NCBI GenBank assembly: GCA_017444735.1
Contig: JAFSWB010000075.1
Coordinates: 1-62,857, forward strand
DNA from: Clostridia bacterium
Lineage (GTDB): Bacteria > Bacillota > Clostridia > Oscillospirales > CAG-272
DNA: 62,857 bases
Direction: 5' to 3'
Both the position numbers and the translations under genes were made by a program. The notes under the pieces are model-generated. The model worked only from the letters and a program-made list of their open reading frames with translations. It had not been told where the DNA came from and did not search any database. Numbering within the stretch: position 1 is the stretch's first letter; every line of letters begins with the position of its first letter. Below, in pieces: positions 13,414 through 23,200 of the stretch.

Positions 13414-16400
13414 ATGAAGAGAATAATTTCCGTTTTTATCGCGGCCGTTACCGCGCTCTCGCTCCTCACGTGCGCGCTGCCCGCGGCGGCGGACCCGTTT
13501 CCGTTCCGCGACGTGCCGGAGGACTCGTGGTTTTACGGGCCGGTGAGGTCCGTGTTTGAAAAGGGGATCATGAAGGGGACGTCGGCCGACCGGTTCTCTC
13601 CGGACGACTCGATGACGCGCGGGCAGATCGTCACGATCCTCGCCCGTATGTCGGGCGAGGACTACGCCGGCGCGGCGAAGAACGCGTCCTTCCGCGACGT
13701 TCCCGCCTCCGAGTACTACGCCGACCCCGTCGGCTGGGCGGTCAAAAACGGGATCGCCAAGGGGATGAGCGCGGCGGCGTTCGAGCCGGAGAGTCCCGTG
13801 CTCCGTCAGGAGTTCGCGGCGTTCTTCGTCCGGTATATGGATCACAAAGGAATAAAGCTCCCCGAGGAGGACGCGGCGCCGTTCCCGGACAAGATACCCG
13901 ACTGGGCGAAGGAGAACGTCGAGACGCTCCACAGAGCGGGGCTCGTGAAGGGCGACGCGGCGGGCCGGTTCAACCCGGGAGATAAAATGACGAGAGCGGA
14001 GATCGCGACCGTGACGGACCGCTTTCTCTCGATGACGCCCGAGGACCCGATGTACGCGGCGCTCGAATCGCTCGATTCGATGAAATGCGCGGCGCACAAC
14101 AGGATCCACTATATCGCGGGGCTCTCCGCGGTCGAGGCGGAGAGGGGAGACGTATCGCTTTCCCGCATCGGCGCGGGGTTCCGCGACGCGATGGGGCTCG
14201 ATCCCGAGAGCTACGACGTCAGAGTGCGTCTTCTCAATCTTCCCGCGTTTGAAGAGTTCCACTACGATTTCCCGGCGGCCTTCTCCATAACGGTCCTTAT
14301 GACCCGCGTCTCGGTGCGGAACACCGTGACGGGCGAGACGACCGGCGAAAAGGCGGTCACGGTCTATCTCTCGATCGACAACACGAGAAGAGAGGACCTC
14401 GTCTGTGTCTGCCCGGAGGAGGTAAACGACGAAAAGCTCGAACGGGTGTGGAACGGTCTCGGATCGCTCTACGTGTTCGACGACGACGGGAAGGTCCGCG
14501 TTCCCTATAACAACTGCCGCACGGAGGCCGATCTCTCCGACTATTTCACGCGCATCCTTCTCGGCCTCGACGACGATCACGATCTCGGGCAGGACAACGG
14601 CGCGTATAAGCTCTCGCTCGCCGAGGGCGACTTCGACCGCGTCTCGTCGCTCCGCGGCACGGGAGGCGAGACGACCGTCACGGCGACGCTCGTCAACCGG
14701 ATGCTGAAAAAGAGAAGCGAACCGAAGGAGCTGACGCTCGTCGTAATGAACCGTCAGCAGTGCGTCGACAAGCTGAACGCCCTTTCGGACAGATTGAGAG
14801 ACGAGATGGCGATCCTCGAGGGGATGATCGGCGACTGCCGCCGCGCGGGGATCCCGACCGATTACGAGGACGCGGCGCTCGCGGTCCTCGCGATCTTCGC
14901 GGAGGAGCACATCCCCGACTATTTCGGGATCGAGGAGTTCAGCCGCGAGCTTTACGTGAGACGGTCGACCGACAGGGTCTTCGAGGAGGCGAGGGCTTCC
15001 CTCGAGGCGCTTCTGGCGGGGGAGAAGGACCCGGTGAACGTGCCGAAATACGTCCCCGGCGGAATGGAGGTCGACGGCTTCACGATCCGCGCGAACACCG
15101 TCGACAGCTACGGCAATTTTGAGAACAGACCGGTCTACTTCTACGGTTACGGCGACGGAGGGGAGTACCCCCGCACGTATCTGCCGTATTATAAAGAGCT
15201 CGGAAGCAACGCGTTCCACTACTATCTTATCACGTTCGCCGACGTGGTACGCGCCGCGACGCCCTCCGACACGGTCGGCGTGAGCGCCGACGGCAAATAC
15301 GTCGTCGACACGTCGGGAATGGAGGCGGATCTCGCGTATCTCAGCGACGCCAACGAGGGAGAGCAGTCGGTCTCCCTGATGCTCATTATCAACGCGGGCT
15401 TCCTCCCCGATATCTATCCGGAGCTCGGCAAGGTCGGCGCCGAGGAGGGAGGCGAGGTCGGCTTCAACCTGACGCACCCGAAGGGCAGAGAGGTCGTCGA
15501 GGCGTTCCTTCGCGCCGTCGTGCCGATCGTTTCAAAATTCCCTTGCGTCGACAGCTTCGTCCTCACGAACGAGCCGGGGTACAAGCCGAGCGAGTACGGC
15601 GACTATTACGTCCCGATGTGGGCGGAGTTCCTCTCGGAGAAATACGGAACGGTCGAAAATCTGAACGGGATCTGCGGCGCGTCGTACGCCTCGTTTGAGG
15701 ACGTTCCGCTCGCCGGCCGCGAGATCCTCAAAGGGAGGACCGTCCTCTCTCTCGACAATCAGGAGTTCGCGACGAAAGTCCATTCCGACTGGCACAGGTG
15801 GGTCGCGGGAATCGTTCACGAGCTCGCGCCCGATATCGAGATCAGCACGAAGCTCAAATCTATCGAATTCGACCGCGCCATGCAGCAGTACGGTCTCCGT
15901 CCCGAGGACTGGTCCGACTTTCAGGACCTCGGCGGATGCGACGACGTGCGCGACGACGTGATGTACTACGATCATATCGCGTACTCCGAGGAAGCTCCCG
16001 TCGTCGACTCCGAGATCCATATCTACCACGACAGCAGGGACACGGCGTTCACGTACGATATGGATGTCTGGACCGAGCGCATCGTCTGGCGCGGGATCAT
16101 GCACCATCTCGGCGTCGGAAATTTCTGGTCGGACGACTACTGGTCCGGTCACGCCGACCATTACTCGTTCGGCAATTCGGCGTACCGTCCGCTGACCCGC
16201 TACAACGTCGGCAAGGTCACGATGGACCTGAACCGGCTGTCGTATGAGATCGACGCCTTAGTGTCGGAGGAGCCCGACGTCGCTATCCTCTACTCGTACC
16301 CGTCGCGCGCCCTCACGGTCGGCGACGCCACGGAGACGATGAACGGCGCGTATCTCGGACTGCTCGAATGCGGAAAGAAAGTCCGCGTCCTGTCCGAGGA

Positions 16401-18042
16401 ACAGATAGAAAAGCTCGAAAAAGAGGAGATAAAGCTCCTCGTCGTCCCCGGCTCGGTCAACGTGTCGGAAAAGACGCTCGAGGCGATCGACGCGTTTCAG
16501 GCGCGCGGCGGCGAGGTCGTCGTATTCGGCGTCGATTCGCTGACGCGGGACGGCGTGAACGTTCCCCACTCCTCTTCTCTCCCCGATAAGATCAAGAGCG
16601 CGGCGACCGTGCGGGGACCGATGACGTCCGACGACGGATACCGCCGCTTCTTCGCCGATTATCTCAAAAAGAACGGTATGCAGAGGGTGTGGGTCGAGGA
16701 CGCCGCTGCGGGCGAGCCGGTCGGATACCGCACGGAGTGGCTGAGCGCCGAATACGGCGGGAAGACGCTCGTTACCGTTTATTCCCTCGGGACCGAGGAA
16801 CCGGTCGACGTCAGGATCTCCGTCGACGGGACGCCCGTTTCCTCGTCGCGCGACCTCAGGACGGGAACGTATTACGGAGAGACCGTCACCCTCGTGAAAA
16901 ACGTCGCGCTCCTTCTCGAGCTCGATCCGCCGGAACAGACGAAATACCCCGTCCCGGTCGACACGGCTCACGGGAACGAGGAGGGCTTCGAATACGCCGT
17001 TTCCGACGGCGAGGCGACGCTGATCCGCTACACGGGCGGCGGGACGGAAGTCGTCGTTCCCGAAACGCTCGGCGGCGTTCCCGTCACGGCGGTCGGAGGA
17101 TTCGCGTTCACGGCGGCGGAGCCCGCCGTCACGTCCGTCGTTCTCCCGACGTCCGTCTCGACGCTTGCGGCGCGCGCGTTTTACAGATGTCCCGAGCTCC
17201 GCTCGGTTTCGATCGACGGCGTCGGTAGTATCGGCGACGCGGCGTTCTTCGGGTGTCCGAAGCTCGGGAGCGTCGTCATTCCCGAGGGCGTGACGGAGAT
17301 AGGAACGCGCGCTTTCTTCCGGTGTCAGTCGCTCGTCTCCGTCTCCCTTCCCGAAGGGCTTAAAAAAATCGGCAATTACGCGTTCAGGGGATGCTCGTCC
17401 CTTTCGTCGCTCGACCTTCCGTCGACGCTTGAAAAGATCGGATTCGCGGCGTTTTCGGGGTGCTCGTCGATCTCCGGCACGGTCACGATCCCGTACGGAG
17501 TGACGGAGATCCTCGGCGACGCGTTCCGCTTCTGTTCCCGCATCGAGCGCGTCGTCGTGGCGAACTCGGTCATCAATATCGGCGAGAGGGCGTTCGAGGA
17601 CGACTTTTCCCTCAAAGAGATAGTCCTCCCGAACAGTCTGAAAAAGCTCGGCGGGAACGCTCTGACGAACGACCCGCTCGTCCGTCTCGATCTGCCGTAC
17701 GGGCTGTCGGATCTCGGAAGCATCCATATGTTCTCTCCGATCTACGTTCCGCCGACGATCAACTTTTTCCCGGATTACTGGGAATTTCACGGAGGCGTCG
17801 AGTGCGAGGCGGGATCGGCTTACGAGCGGCTCTGCGCGGAGAACGGCATAAGCTATACGATAGTCGCGCCGGAGCACCATATACACACGCCGGGCGCGGC
17901 GCCGACCTGCACCGCCCATCAGACGTGTACCGAATGCGGCGCGGTGCTCCGCCCGAGCTACGGTCACACGCTGACCGCGAAGCGCGGCGAGGACGGCAAG
18001 GCCGTTTACTTCTGCGCCGAGTGCGGGGAAATTCAGGAGTGA
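13414..18042 (+). CDS. large secreted surface protein: signal peptide, 3 SLH repeats, GH42-like glycosidase region, BspA-type leucine-rich repeats, Cys-rich tail
   Basis: 1542 aa. N-terminal signal (AAADPF). Three SLH units (FRDVP...). VLTNEPGY...WAEFLSEKYGTVENLN resembles GH42 beta-galactosidases. Repeated xAFxxCxxLxSVxIP LRR units. C-terminal CTxCG...CAECG. Confidence 0.8.
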   Translation: MKRIISVFIAAVTALSLLTCALPAAADPFPFRDVPEDSWFYGPVRSVFEKGIMKGTSADRFSPDDSMTRGQIVTILARMSGEDYAGAAKNASFRDVPASEYYADPVGWAVKNGIAKGMSAAAFEPESPVLRQEFAAFFVRYMDHKGIKLPEEDAAPFPDKIPDWAKENVETLHRAGLVKGDAAGRFNPGDKMTRAEIATVTDRFLSMTPEDPMYAALESLDSMKCAAHNRIHYIAGLSAVEAERGDVSLSRIGAGFRDAMGLDPESYDVRVRLLNLPAFEEFHYDFPAAFSITVLMTRVSVRNTVTGETTGEKAVTVYLSIDNTRREDLVCVCPEEVNDEKLERVWNGLGSLYVFDDDGKVRVPYNNCRTEADLSDYFTRILLGLDDDHDLGQDNGAYKLSLAEGDFDRVSSLRGTGGETTVTATLVNRMLKKRSEPKELTLVVMNRQQCVDKLNALSDRLRDEMAILEGMIGDCRRAGIPTDYEDAALAVLAIFAEEHIPDYFGIEEFSRELYVRRSTDRVFEEARASLEALLAGEKDPVNVPKYVPGGMEVDGFTIRANTVDSYGNFENRPVYFYGYGDGGEYPRTYLPYYKELGSNAFHYYLITFADVVRAATPSDTVGVSADGKYVVDTSGMEADLAYLSDANEGEQSVSLMLIINAGFLPDIYPELGKVGAEEGGEVGFNLTHPKGREVVEAFLRAVVPIVSKFPCVDSFVLTNEPGYKPSEYGDYYVPMWAEFLSEKYGTVENLNGICGASYASFEDVPLAGREILKGRTVLSLDNQEFATKVHSDWHRWVAGIVHELAPDIEISTKLKSIEFDRAMQQYGLRPEDWSDFQDLGGCDDVRDDVMYYDHIAYSEEAPVVDSEIHIYHDSRDTAFTYDMDVWTERIVWRGIMHHLGVGNFWSDDYWSGHADHYSFGNSAYRPLTRYNVGKVTMDLNRLSYEIDALVSEEPDVAILYSYPSRALTVGDATETMNGAYLGLLECGKKVRVLSEEQIEKLEKEEIKLLVVPGSVNVSEKTLEAIDAFQARGGEVVVFGVDSLTRDGVNVPHSSSLPDKIKSAATVRGPMTSDDGYRRFFADYLKKNGMQRVWVEDAAAGEPVGYRTEWLSAEYGGKTLVTVYSLGTEEPVDVRISVDGTPVSSSRDLRTGTYYGETVTLVKNVALLLELDPPEQTKYPVPVDTAHGNEEGFEYAVSDGEATLIRYTGGGTEVVVPETLGGVPVTAVGGFAFTAAEPAVTSVVLPTSVSTLAARAFYRCPELRSVSIDGVGSIGDAAFFGCPKLGSVVIPEGVTEIGTRAFFRCQSLVSVSLPEGLKKIGNYAFRGCSSLSSLDLPSTLEKIGFAAFSGCSSISGTVTIPYGVTEILGDAFRFCSRIERVVVANSVINIGERAFEDDFSLKEIVLPNSLKKLGGNALTNDPLVRLDLPYGLSDLGSIHMFSPIYVPPTINFFPDYWEFHGGVECEAGSAYERLCAENGISYTIVAPEHHIHTPGAAPTCTAHQTCTECGAVLRPSYGHTLTAKRGEDGKAVYFCAECGEIQE

Positions 18043-18050
18043 CGGGTCGG

Positions 18051-18099
18051 TTGACAATTCGGGAAAAAGCGGATATAATATAGGTATAATAATACCTAT
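18051..18099 (+). promoter_or_regulatory. promoter plus palindromic operator of the phd-doc operon
   Basis: TTGACA 18051-18056, 17-nt spacer, TATAAT 18074-18079. Immediately followed by the perfect palindrome ATAGGTAT-AATA-ATACCTAT (18080-18099). Confidence 0.75.
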
Positions 18100-18115
18100 T
18101 TCGGAGGTGATCGCG

Positions 18116-18358
18116 ATGACGGTCAACACCGAACGTATCATTACCGTTACGGAAGCAAATCAGAACTTCAGCCGCGCGACGCGGATCGCGGATCGGCACG
18201 GCGACGCGATCGTGTTCAAGAACAACAGACCGAAGTATAAGCTTGTCAACCTCGATCTTGAGCCGGATCTCGATCTGACGGACGACGAAAAGATCGACGT
18301 CGTTGCCGCCCGCGTACTGAAAAGATACCGCCGCGCGTTTCTGGAGCTTGCAAAATGA
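18116..18358 (+). CDS. Phd/YefM-family antitoxin
   Basis: 80 aa from the ATG at 18116 (GGAGGTG RBS at 18103-18109). ATGA overlap with the Doc toxin gene. Confidence 0.85.
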   Translation: MTVNTERIITVTEANQNFSRATRIADRHGDAIVFKNNRPKYKLVNLDLEPDLDLTDDEKIDVVAARVLKRYRRAFLELAK

Positions 18359-18729
18359 TTAAGTTTTCAAAAGACAAGGTTTTGCTGCTCCACAAGTTGA
18401 TTTCAGAAGAGACGGGAGGCGGCGTCGGCGTCCGTGACGAAGCTCTGCTCGAATCGGCGCTTGAAAGCGCGTTTTCCGGCTTCGGCGACCGTGAGTTTTA
18501 TCCGACAAAGGAAGAAAAAGGAGCGCGGCTCGGTTACACGCTCATTTCCAATCACGCTTTCGTCGACGGAAACAAACGGATCGGTATGTACGTTATGCTG
18601 ACCTTTCTCGAGGTCAACGGAATACGGCTCAACTGTACGAACGAGGAGGTCGCCGCCGTCGGACTCGCGGTGGCGGGCGGCGAAATGGATTACGCCGATC
18701 TTCTCAAATGGGTCAGAGATCACGAATAA
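18355..18729 (+). CDS. doc: Doc (death-on-curing) Fic-fold toxin
   Basis: 124 aa with the HAFVDGNKRIG Fic/Doc motif. Confidence 0.9.
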   Translation: MIKFSKDKVLLLHKLISEETGGGVGVRDEALLESALESAFSGFGDREFYPTKEEKGARLGYTLISNHAFVDGNKRIGMYVMLTFLEVNGIRLNCTNEEVAAVGLAVAGGEMDYADLLKWVRDHE

Positions 18730-18730
18730 A

Positions 18731-18762
18731 AAAGCCCGGGATTTCCGCTCCCGGGCTTTTTA
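18731..18762. terminator. bidirectional terminator between doc and the blaR1-like gene
   Basis: AAAGCCCGGGA / TCCCGGGCTTT stem flanked by A-run and T-run. Confidence 0.8.
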
Positions 18763-18772
18763 TCGGGTGTGT

Positions 18773-21058
18773 TCAGTTCGGGTCTTCGTCCGTGACTTTG
18801 GATCCGAACACGAGCGTATGATCCATCGTCTTGAAGTCGTCCTCGTACTCGCCGAAGCTGTCGTATCTCACGATCACACAGCCTTCCCGGAAGAGGACCG
18901 TTCCGGCGACACCCGAGGGACCGGAATAGTAGGATACCCCGTCGCCGAACCGATATACGCCGTCGATCGGAACGGCGTTGCAGGTGAAGCTGAAGATTTT
19001 GTCGATCCCGGTGCTTATTTTTACCTCTGCGCCGTCTTTCCCGAAAACGACGATCTCGTTCGTTTTGCGTATCGGATCGTCCGCCCAGGCGCCGACGTGG
19101 CTGTCACCGAACGTGTCCTCCGCCGCCGCGCGGCTGTCGGAAAAGTCCGCGACCGTTCCTTCCGGCGGGATCTCACCGCGTCCGACGATACTGATCCCTC
19201 CGAAGACCCACGGATAGTCGCCGTCCGATTTCAGCAGGGAGACGACGAACGTGTCGGATGCGATTATGCAGAAGCGGTCAGCGTACGAGAGGTACGTAAA
19301 GTCGTATCCGTTTTCGGTCTCTTTCACGTTTATGAGGTCGCAGGCGAGCCCCACGCTATCGGTGGGATACAGTCTGTAATTTCCGTCCCCGTCGAGAAGG
19401 CGGTCGAGCCTGCTGAGGTCCGCGTCTTTTATTCCCGCGAATTCCTCAAGCCCTTTTATAAAGTCCTCCTCTGACAGAAGCGCGCCGTTCGTCGTCTCGG
19501 GATAAACAGATCTCGCCGAGAAGACGAGAGGGTAAAGGGTACGGACCTTTACCGACGTCGCGGTGGCAGGGTCGGAAAGCGGCAAGTAAGCGGCGGCAAG
19601 CTGACCTGCAAGCCATCCGCCGGGAATCTCTTCCGCCGCTCCGCCCCGGAAAGGCCTGGCCTCGGGACGGCAGATGCTGAAGCCGACCCGGTACGCGTTG
19701 AAGTCGATGTCGTACGTTCCGGCGAGAAGACCGACCCCGAGGTCTCCTTCGACCGAAAGCGTTACCGTGTTGTTTCCGGAGGTCCGGTCGAATTTGTCGG
19801 GGAGGACGATCTTTGACCTGCCGTAAAGCTCGAGGAACTTTTCACGCCAGAGAGCGCGGTAACCCTCGGGGACGTTTCCTTCTTCGCAGAGCGTTTCCGC
19901 GTCGCCGTCGACGAACGCCTTCAGGCGGCGCGCGTATTCTGCGAGCTGTTTTTCCGCTTCGGTCAGTTCATACTCCGGGTCCTGTTCGACGACGCCGTCC
20001 GTTTCCGTTCCCGGGGGGACGGCTTCCGCTTTTTTCGGAGAAGTGAGGAAGCAGACGCCGATAACGGCGCAGATCAGAAGAGCGCCGACGATGATCCAAA
20101 AAGTCGGCTTTTTGTAGTTGAGCACGTTTTTGACCCGTCTTGTCACGCCGATCTTTCCGAATCCGAGAGGGCCGGCGATCGGCTGGCGGCGCGTTCCGAA
20201 TTCGACGAGCGTTTTCGAGTAAGCCGCGCGGAAGACCGCGTTCGTTCCGCGCATGGCGCGCTCGTCGCAGGCGTATTCGACGTCGCGGCAGAAGAGAACG
20301 TAACCGATCCAGACCGTCGGACAGAACCAGTACGCGGAGAGGATCAGAAAGCCGATCATTTTGGAAAGATCGTCCCGCCGCACCACGTGCGCCCGCTCGT
20401 GTCGAAGGACGCAGCCGAGCTCGTCGCCGCAAAGCGACGAGGGGACGTATATCCTCGGGCGGAACACGCCGAGGACGAACGGCGAGGAGACGTAATCGGA
20501 CGCGAACACGCCCGGGGCCGTCTCGACGGACGCCCGAAGAAGCCGTTTCAGGCGGATCCGGCTGATAAAGGCGTATGATAACATAACTGTCACGCCCGCC
20601 GCCCAGACCGAGAACAGAACGGCCGTCAGGTCAAATCTGAAAACGGAGGACTCCGTTTTTGCCGGTTGAGGATCGGCGGTCGGCGCGGGATCCGCCGCCG
20701 GGTCGGACGGAGGAAGGATCGCGACGGACGGCGACGACGCCCCGGACGCCGACGGAACGGCCGGAGAAGCGGGAGCCGCCGTTTTCGCGTTCCGGGATTG
20801 CGAAGGCGACTCCGTTTCCGCCGCTGTTCCCGTCAGCGCGGCGGGAACCGCGTAATCGACGGTGATCTCCCGGGGGACGACCCCGACGGGGCTCTCCGGG
20901 AAGAACGGGACGAGGAGGCGGACAGCCACCATCGTCCACAGGATCCCGCGGATCCACTTCGGGGAGCGCGAGAAGACGAGGCGAAAGAGCGCGACGACGC
21001 CGATCAGGATGCTTGCGGCGATGCTGAGTTTTAACAGAGTAGTGAGAAAATCGCTCAT
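18773..21058 (-). CDS. BlaR1/MecR1-family M56 peptidase signal transducer with a non-PBP C-terminal domain
   Basis: 761 aa. N-terminal TM helices, HERAH zinc-peptidase motif, Pro/Ala-rich loop, then a TM helix and about 430 aa of extracytoplasmic domain with no SxxK penicillin-binding motif visible. Confidence 0.8.
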   Translation of the reverse strand: MSDFLTTLLKLSIAASILIGVVALFRLVFSRSPKWIRGILWTMVAVRLLVPFFPESPVGVVPREITVDYAVPAALTGTAAETESPSQSRNAKTAAPASPAVPSASGASSPSVAILPPSDPAADPAPTADPQPAKTESSVFRFDLTAVLFSVWAAGVTVMLSYAFISRIRLKRLLRASVETAPGVFASDYVSSPFVLGVFRPRIYVPSSLCGDELGCVLRHERAHVVRRDDLSKMIGFLILSAYWFCPTVWIGYVLFCRDVEYACDERAMRGTNAVFRAAYSKTLVEFGTRRQPIAGPLGFGKIGVTRRVKNVLNYKKPTFWIIVGALLICAVIGVCFLTSPKKAEAVPPGTETDGVVEQDPEYELTEAEKQLAEYARRLKAFVDGDAETLCEEGNVPEGYRALWREKFLELYGRSKIVLPDKFDRTSGNNTVTLSVEGDLGVGLLAGTYDIDFNAYRVGFSICRPEARPFRGGAAEEIPGGWLAGQLAAAYLPLSDPATATSVKVRTLYPLVFSARSVYPETTNGALLSEEDFIKGLEEFAGIKDADLSRLDRLLDGDGNYRLYPTDSVGLACDLINVKETENGYDFTYLSYADRFCIIASDTFVVSLLKSDGDYPWVFGGISIVGRGEIPPEGTVADFSDSRAAAEDTFGDSHVGAWADDPIRKTNEIVVFGKDGAEVKISTGIDKIFSFTCNAVPIDGVYRFGDGVSYYSGPSGVAGTVLFREGCVIVRYDSFGEYEDDFKTMDHTLVFGSKVTDEDPN

Positions 21059-21438
21059 TTGCTCTCCTCCTTCGTATATTTATCTATCATTTTCTTGATA
21101 CTGTCCGCCTCCGCGGGGGTGAGATTCCGGGCGGACGTGAAGGCGGCGAGGAACGCGGGGAGCGAACCGCCGAAGGTCTCCTCGACGAAATCCGTGCTCC
21201 TTCTGTTCATATACTCGCCGCGGCTGAGAACGGAGACGACGGTCCCGTTTTGATTTTTGAAGATCCCTTTTTCCGTGAGGCGGCGGAGAACCGTGTACGT
21301 CGTCGACTTATTCCAGCCGAATTCCTCGCGGCATATCCCGATGAGATCGCCGGAACGGACCGGCTCTCTGTCCCAGATGATCTCCGCGAACCGCGTCTCT
21401 ATCGCTCCCATTGTGATCCCGTTTGCTTTTTTCGTCAT
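21055..21438 (-). CDS. BlaI/MecI/CopY-family transcriptional repressor
   Basis: 127 aa winged-helix (STTYTVLRRLTEKG). 4-nt overlap with the downstream M56 gene. Confidence 0.9.
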   Translation of the reverse strand: MTKKANGITMGAIETRFAEIIWDREPVRSGDLIGICREEFGWNKSTTYTVLRRLTEKGIFKNQNGTVVSVLSRGEYMNRRSTDFVEETFGGSLPAFLAAFTSARNLTPAEADSIKKMIDKYTKEESK

Positions 21439-21458
21439 TTTGGTTTCTCCGATCTTGG

Positions 21459-21505
21459 TTTACTCATTGTAAACCCATTATACGCCGGAGTTTACAACTT
21501 GTCAA
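21459..21505 (-). promoter_or_regulatory. blaI-blaR1 promoter with two TACA/TGTA-type operator dyads
   Basis: On the minus strand: TTGACA (21500-21505), 17-nt spacer, TATAAT (21477-21482). Dyads TTTACtcattGTAAA (21459-21473) and TTTACAACTTGTCAA (21491-21505). Confidence 0.65.
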
Positions 21506-21513
21506 CCCCAAAA

Positions 21514-21548
21514 TCAAAAAAAATAAAAAAGGGCTCGGAAACGAACCC
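21514..21548 (-). terminator. terminator after the SGNH hydrolase genes
   Basis: Minus-strand GGGTTCG-TTTC-CGAGCCC hairpin followed by TTTTTTATTTTTTTT. Confidence 0.7.
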
Positions 21549-21594
21549 TTTTCTTATAACATCTTTCGCCCCGGAACGGCGCAAAACGTTCCCG

Positions 21595-22389
21595 TTACGG
21601 CTTTTCGTGATATCCGAGCGACGTTCCGATGAACGGGACCTCCGCGAACGCGCGGGGGTCGCGGCGAATGTGCCAGTCGATATAGCTCTCGACGCACCGG
21701 GCGGTGAAGAGATAGCCCATCGGGTCGAGGTGCGTCCCGGTATAGAAGAAATTCTTGAATTCCGCCGTCTGCTCCGGGAAATACTCGTAAAAGTCGAGCA
21801 GATACGTGTGAGGAAAGATCCTCGTCATCCCGTCGAGGAGGTCGCGGTGGGCGCGGCGAAGCTCGTTCGCGTCGTCCGGCTCCTTCGGCATCGACATGAG
21901 GAAGAACCGCGCTCTCGGCTGGATCGCGCGCAGACGCGAGATGATCTTCCCGTAATATCCGGCGAAGGTTTCGGGGTTTTTCTCCGGTTCGTCGGGATGA
22001 ACGTCGTCCGTCGAGCCGACTTCCCAGCGGCAGTAGTAAAGATCGTTGACGCCGAGCGCGATGATATACGCCTGACAGGCGAGGGACGGGTCCCAGTAGC
22101 CCATGTCGTCGGCGAACGTGTTCCAGTACTCCTTCGCGGTCATCCCGCCGCGGGAGAAGTTGCGCACGACCGCGCCCGTTTCGCGGGCGATATACTGCCC
22201 CCACGAGTATTCGAACATATCGTGATAGCCGTTTTCTCCGTTCTCCTTTTTCGACTCGAACTCGCCGGAGGACAGGGAGTCGCCGACGCATCCGATCGAG
22301 CGGAAAACGCCGCAGAAGCCGCCGCCCGGCGCGAGCCGGTCAAGGGGCTTTTCCGCGGGGTCGAACAGGTACATTTCCTCGGGTCTCAT
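21595..22389 (-). CDS. SGNH/GDSL-family hydrolase (paralog 1)
   Basis: 264 aa. GDSLSSGEFES block I. ATGA overlap with the upstream paralog. Confidence 0.85.
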   Translation of the reverse strand: MRPEEMYLFDPAEKPLDRLAPGGGFCGVFRSIGCVGDSLSSGEFESKKENGENGYHDMFEYSWGQYIARETGAVVRNFSRGGMTAKEYWNTFADDMGYWDPSLACQAYIIALGVNDLYYCRWEVGSTDDVHPDEPEKNPETFAGYYGKIISRLRAIQPRARFFLMSMPKEPDDANELRRAHRDLLDGMTRIFPHTYLLDFYEYFPEQTAEFKNFFYTGTHLDPMGYLFTARCVESYIDWHIRRDPRAFAEVPFIGTSLGYHEKP

Positions 22390-23189
22390 TTTATCACCTC
22401 GTAATACGAAAGATCCGTCCCGATGAACGGGACCTCCGCGAAATCGCGCGGAGAGCGTCTGATATACCAGTCTATGTAGCTCTCAAAACAGCGCGCCACG
22501 TACATATATCCCATGGGGTTGAAGTGGCTGCCCGTGTAGATCAGCTTCCTTATTTCGTCGTTCTGGACGGGGAAATATTCGGTAAGGTCGAGAACGTAGG
22601 AGTGGGAGAAGAGGCCCGTCATCTCAACGAGCAGGTCCCGGTGCGCCTCGACGGTCGGGTTCCACGCCCCCTCGCACTCCTGCCGGGGCATCGAGACGAG
22701 AAAGAGGCGGCACCTCGGCGATATCGCCTTCAGCCGGGAGAGGAGCCGACCGTAGTATCCGGCAAAATTTTTCGCGCTCCTTTCGGGATCGTCCGGGCGG
22801 AAGTCGGCTATCGAGCCGAGCTCGCCGCCTTTCGTGAAAAGATCGTTCACGCCGAGCGCGACGATATACGCCTGACACGCCGCGGCGGGATCGAAAAACT
22901 TCATCGAGTCGCCGTAAGAAGTGACGAACTCCTCCGCCGTCATAAGATCTCTGCCCATATTCACGATATCCGCGCCGGTATCGCGCCCGATATACGAGCC
23001 CCACGAATATGTGAGCATATCGTGAAAGCCCGTCGAGCCGTCGGCGCGCTTCGACTCGAATTCGCCGGCGGCGAGCGAGTCGCCGATACATCCGATCCGG
23101 CGGAAGATCCCCGAAAAACCGCCGCACTCCGTCATCCGGTCAAGCGGCTTTTCCGAGGGGTCGAACAGGTACATTTCTTCCGGTCTCAC
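22386..23189 (-). CDS. SGNH/GDSL-family hydrolase (paralog 2)
   Basis: GDSLAAGEFES block I. Start trimmed to the GTG at 23189, behind GGAGGA, because paralog 1 begins with the same RPEEMYLFDP sequence. The ORF-track extension overlaps the upstream gene. Confidence 0.85.
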   Translation of the reverse strand: MRPEEMYLFDPSEKPLDRMTECGGFSGIFRRIGCIGDSLAAGEFESKRADGSTGFHDMLTYSWGSYIGRDTGADIVNMGRDLMTAEEFVTSYGDSMKFFDPAAACQAYIVALGVNDLFTKGGELGSIADFRPDDPERSAKNFAGYYGRLLSRLKAISPRCRLFLVSMPRQECEGAWNPTVEAHRDLLVEMTGLFSHSYVLDLTEYFPVQNDEIRKLIYTGSHFNPMGYMYVARCFESYIDWYIRRSPRDFAEVPFIGTDLSYYEVIK

Positions 23190-23200
23190 GTCGTCCTCCG

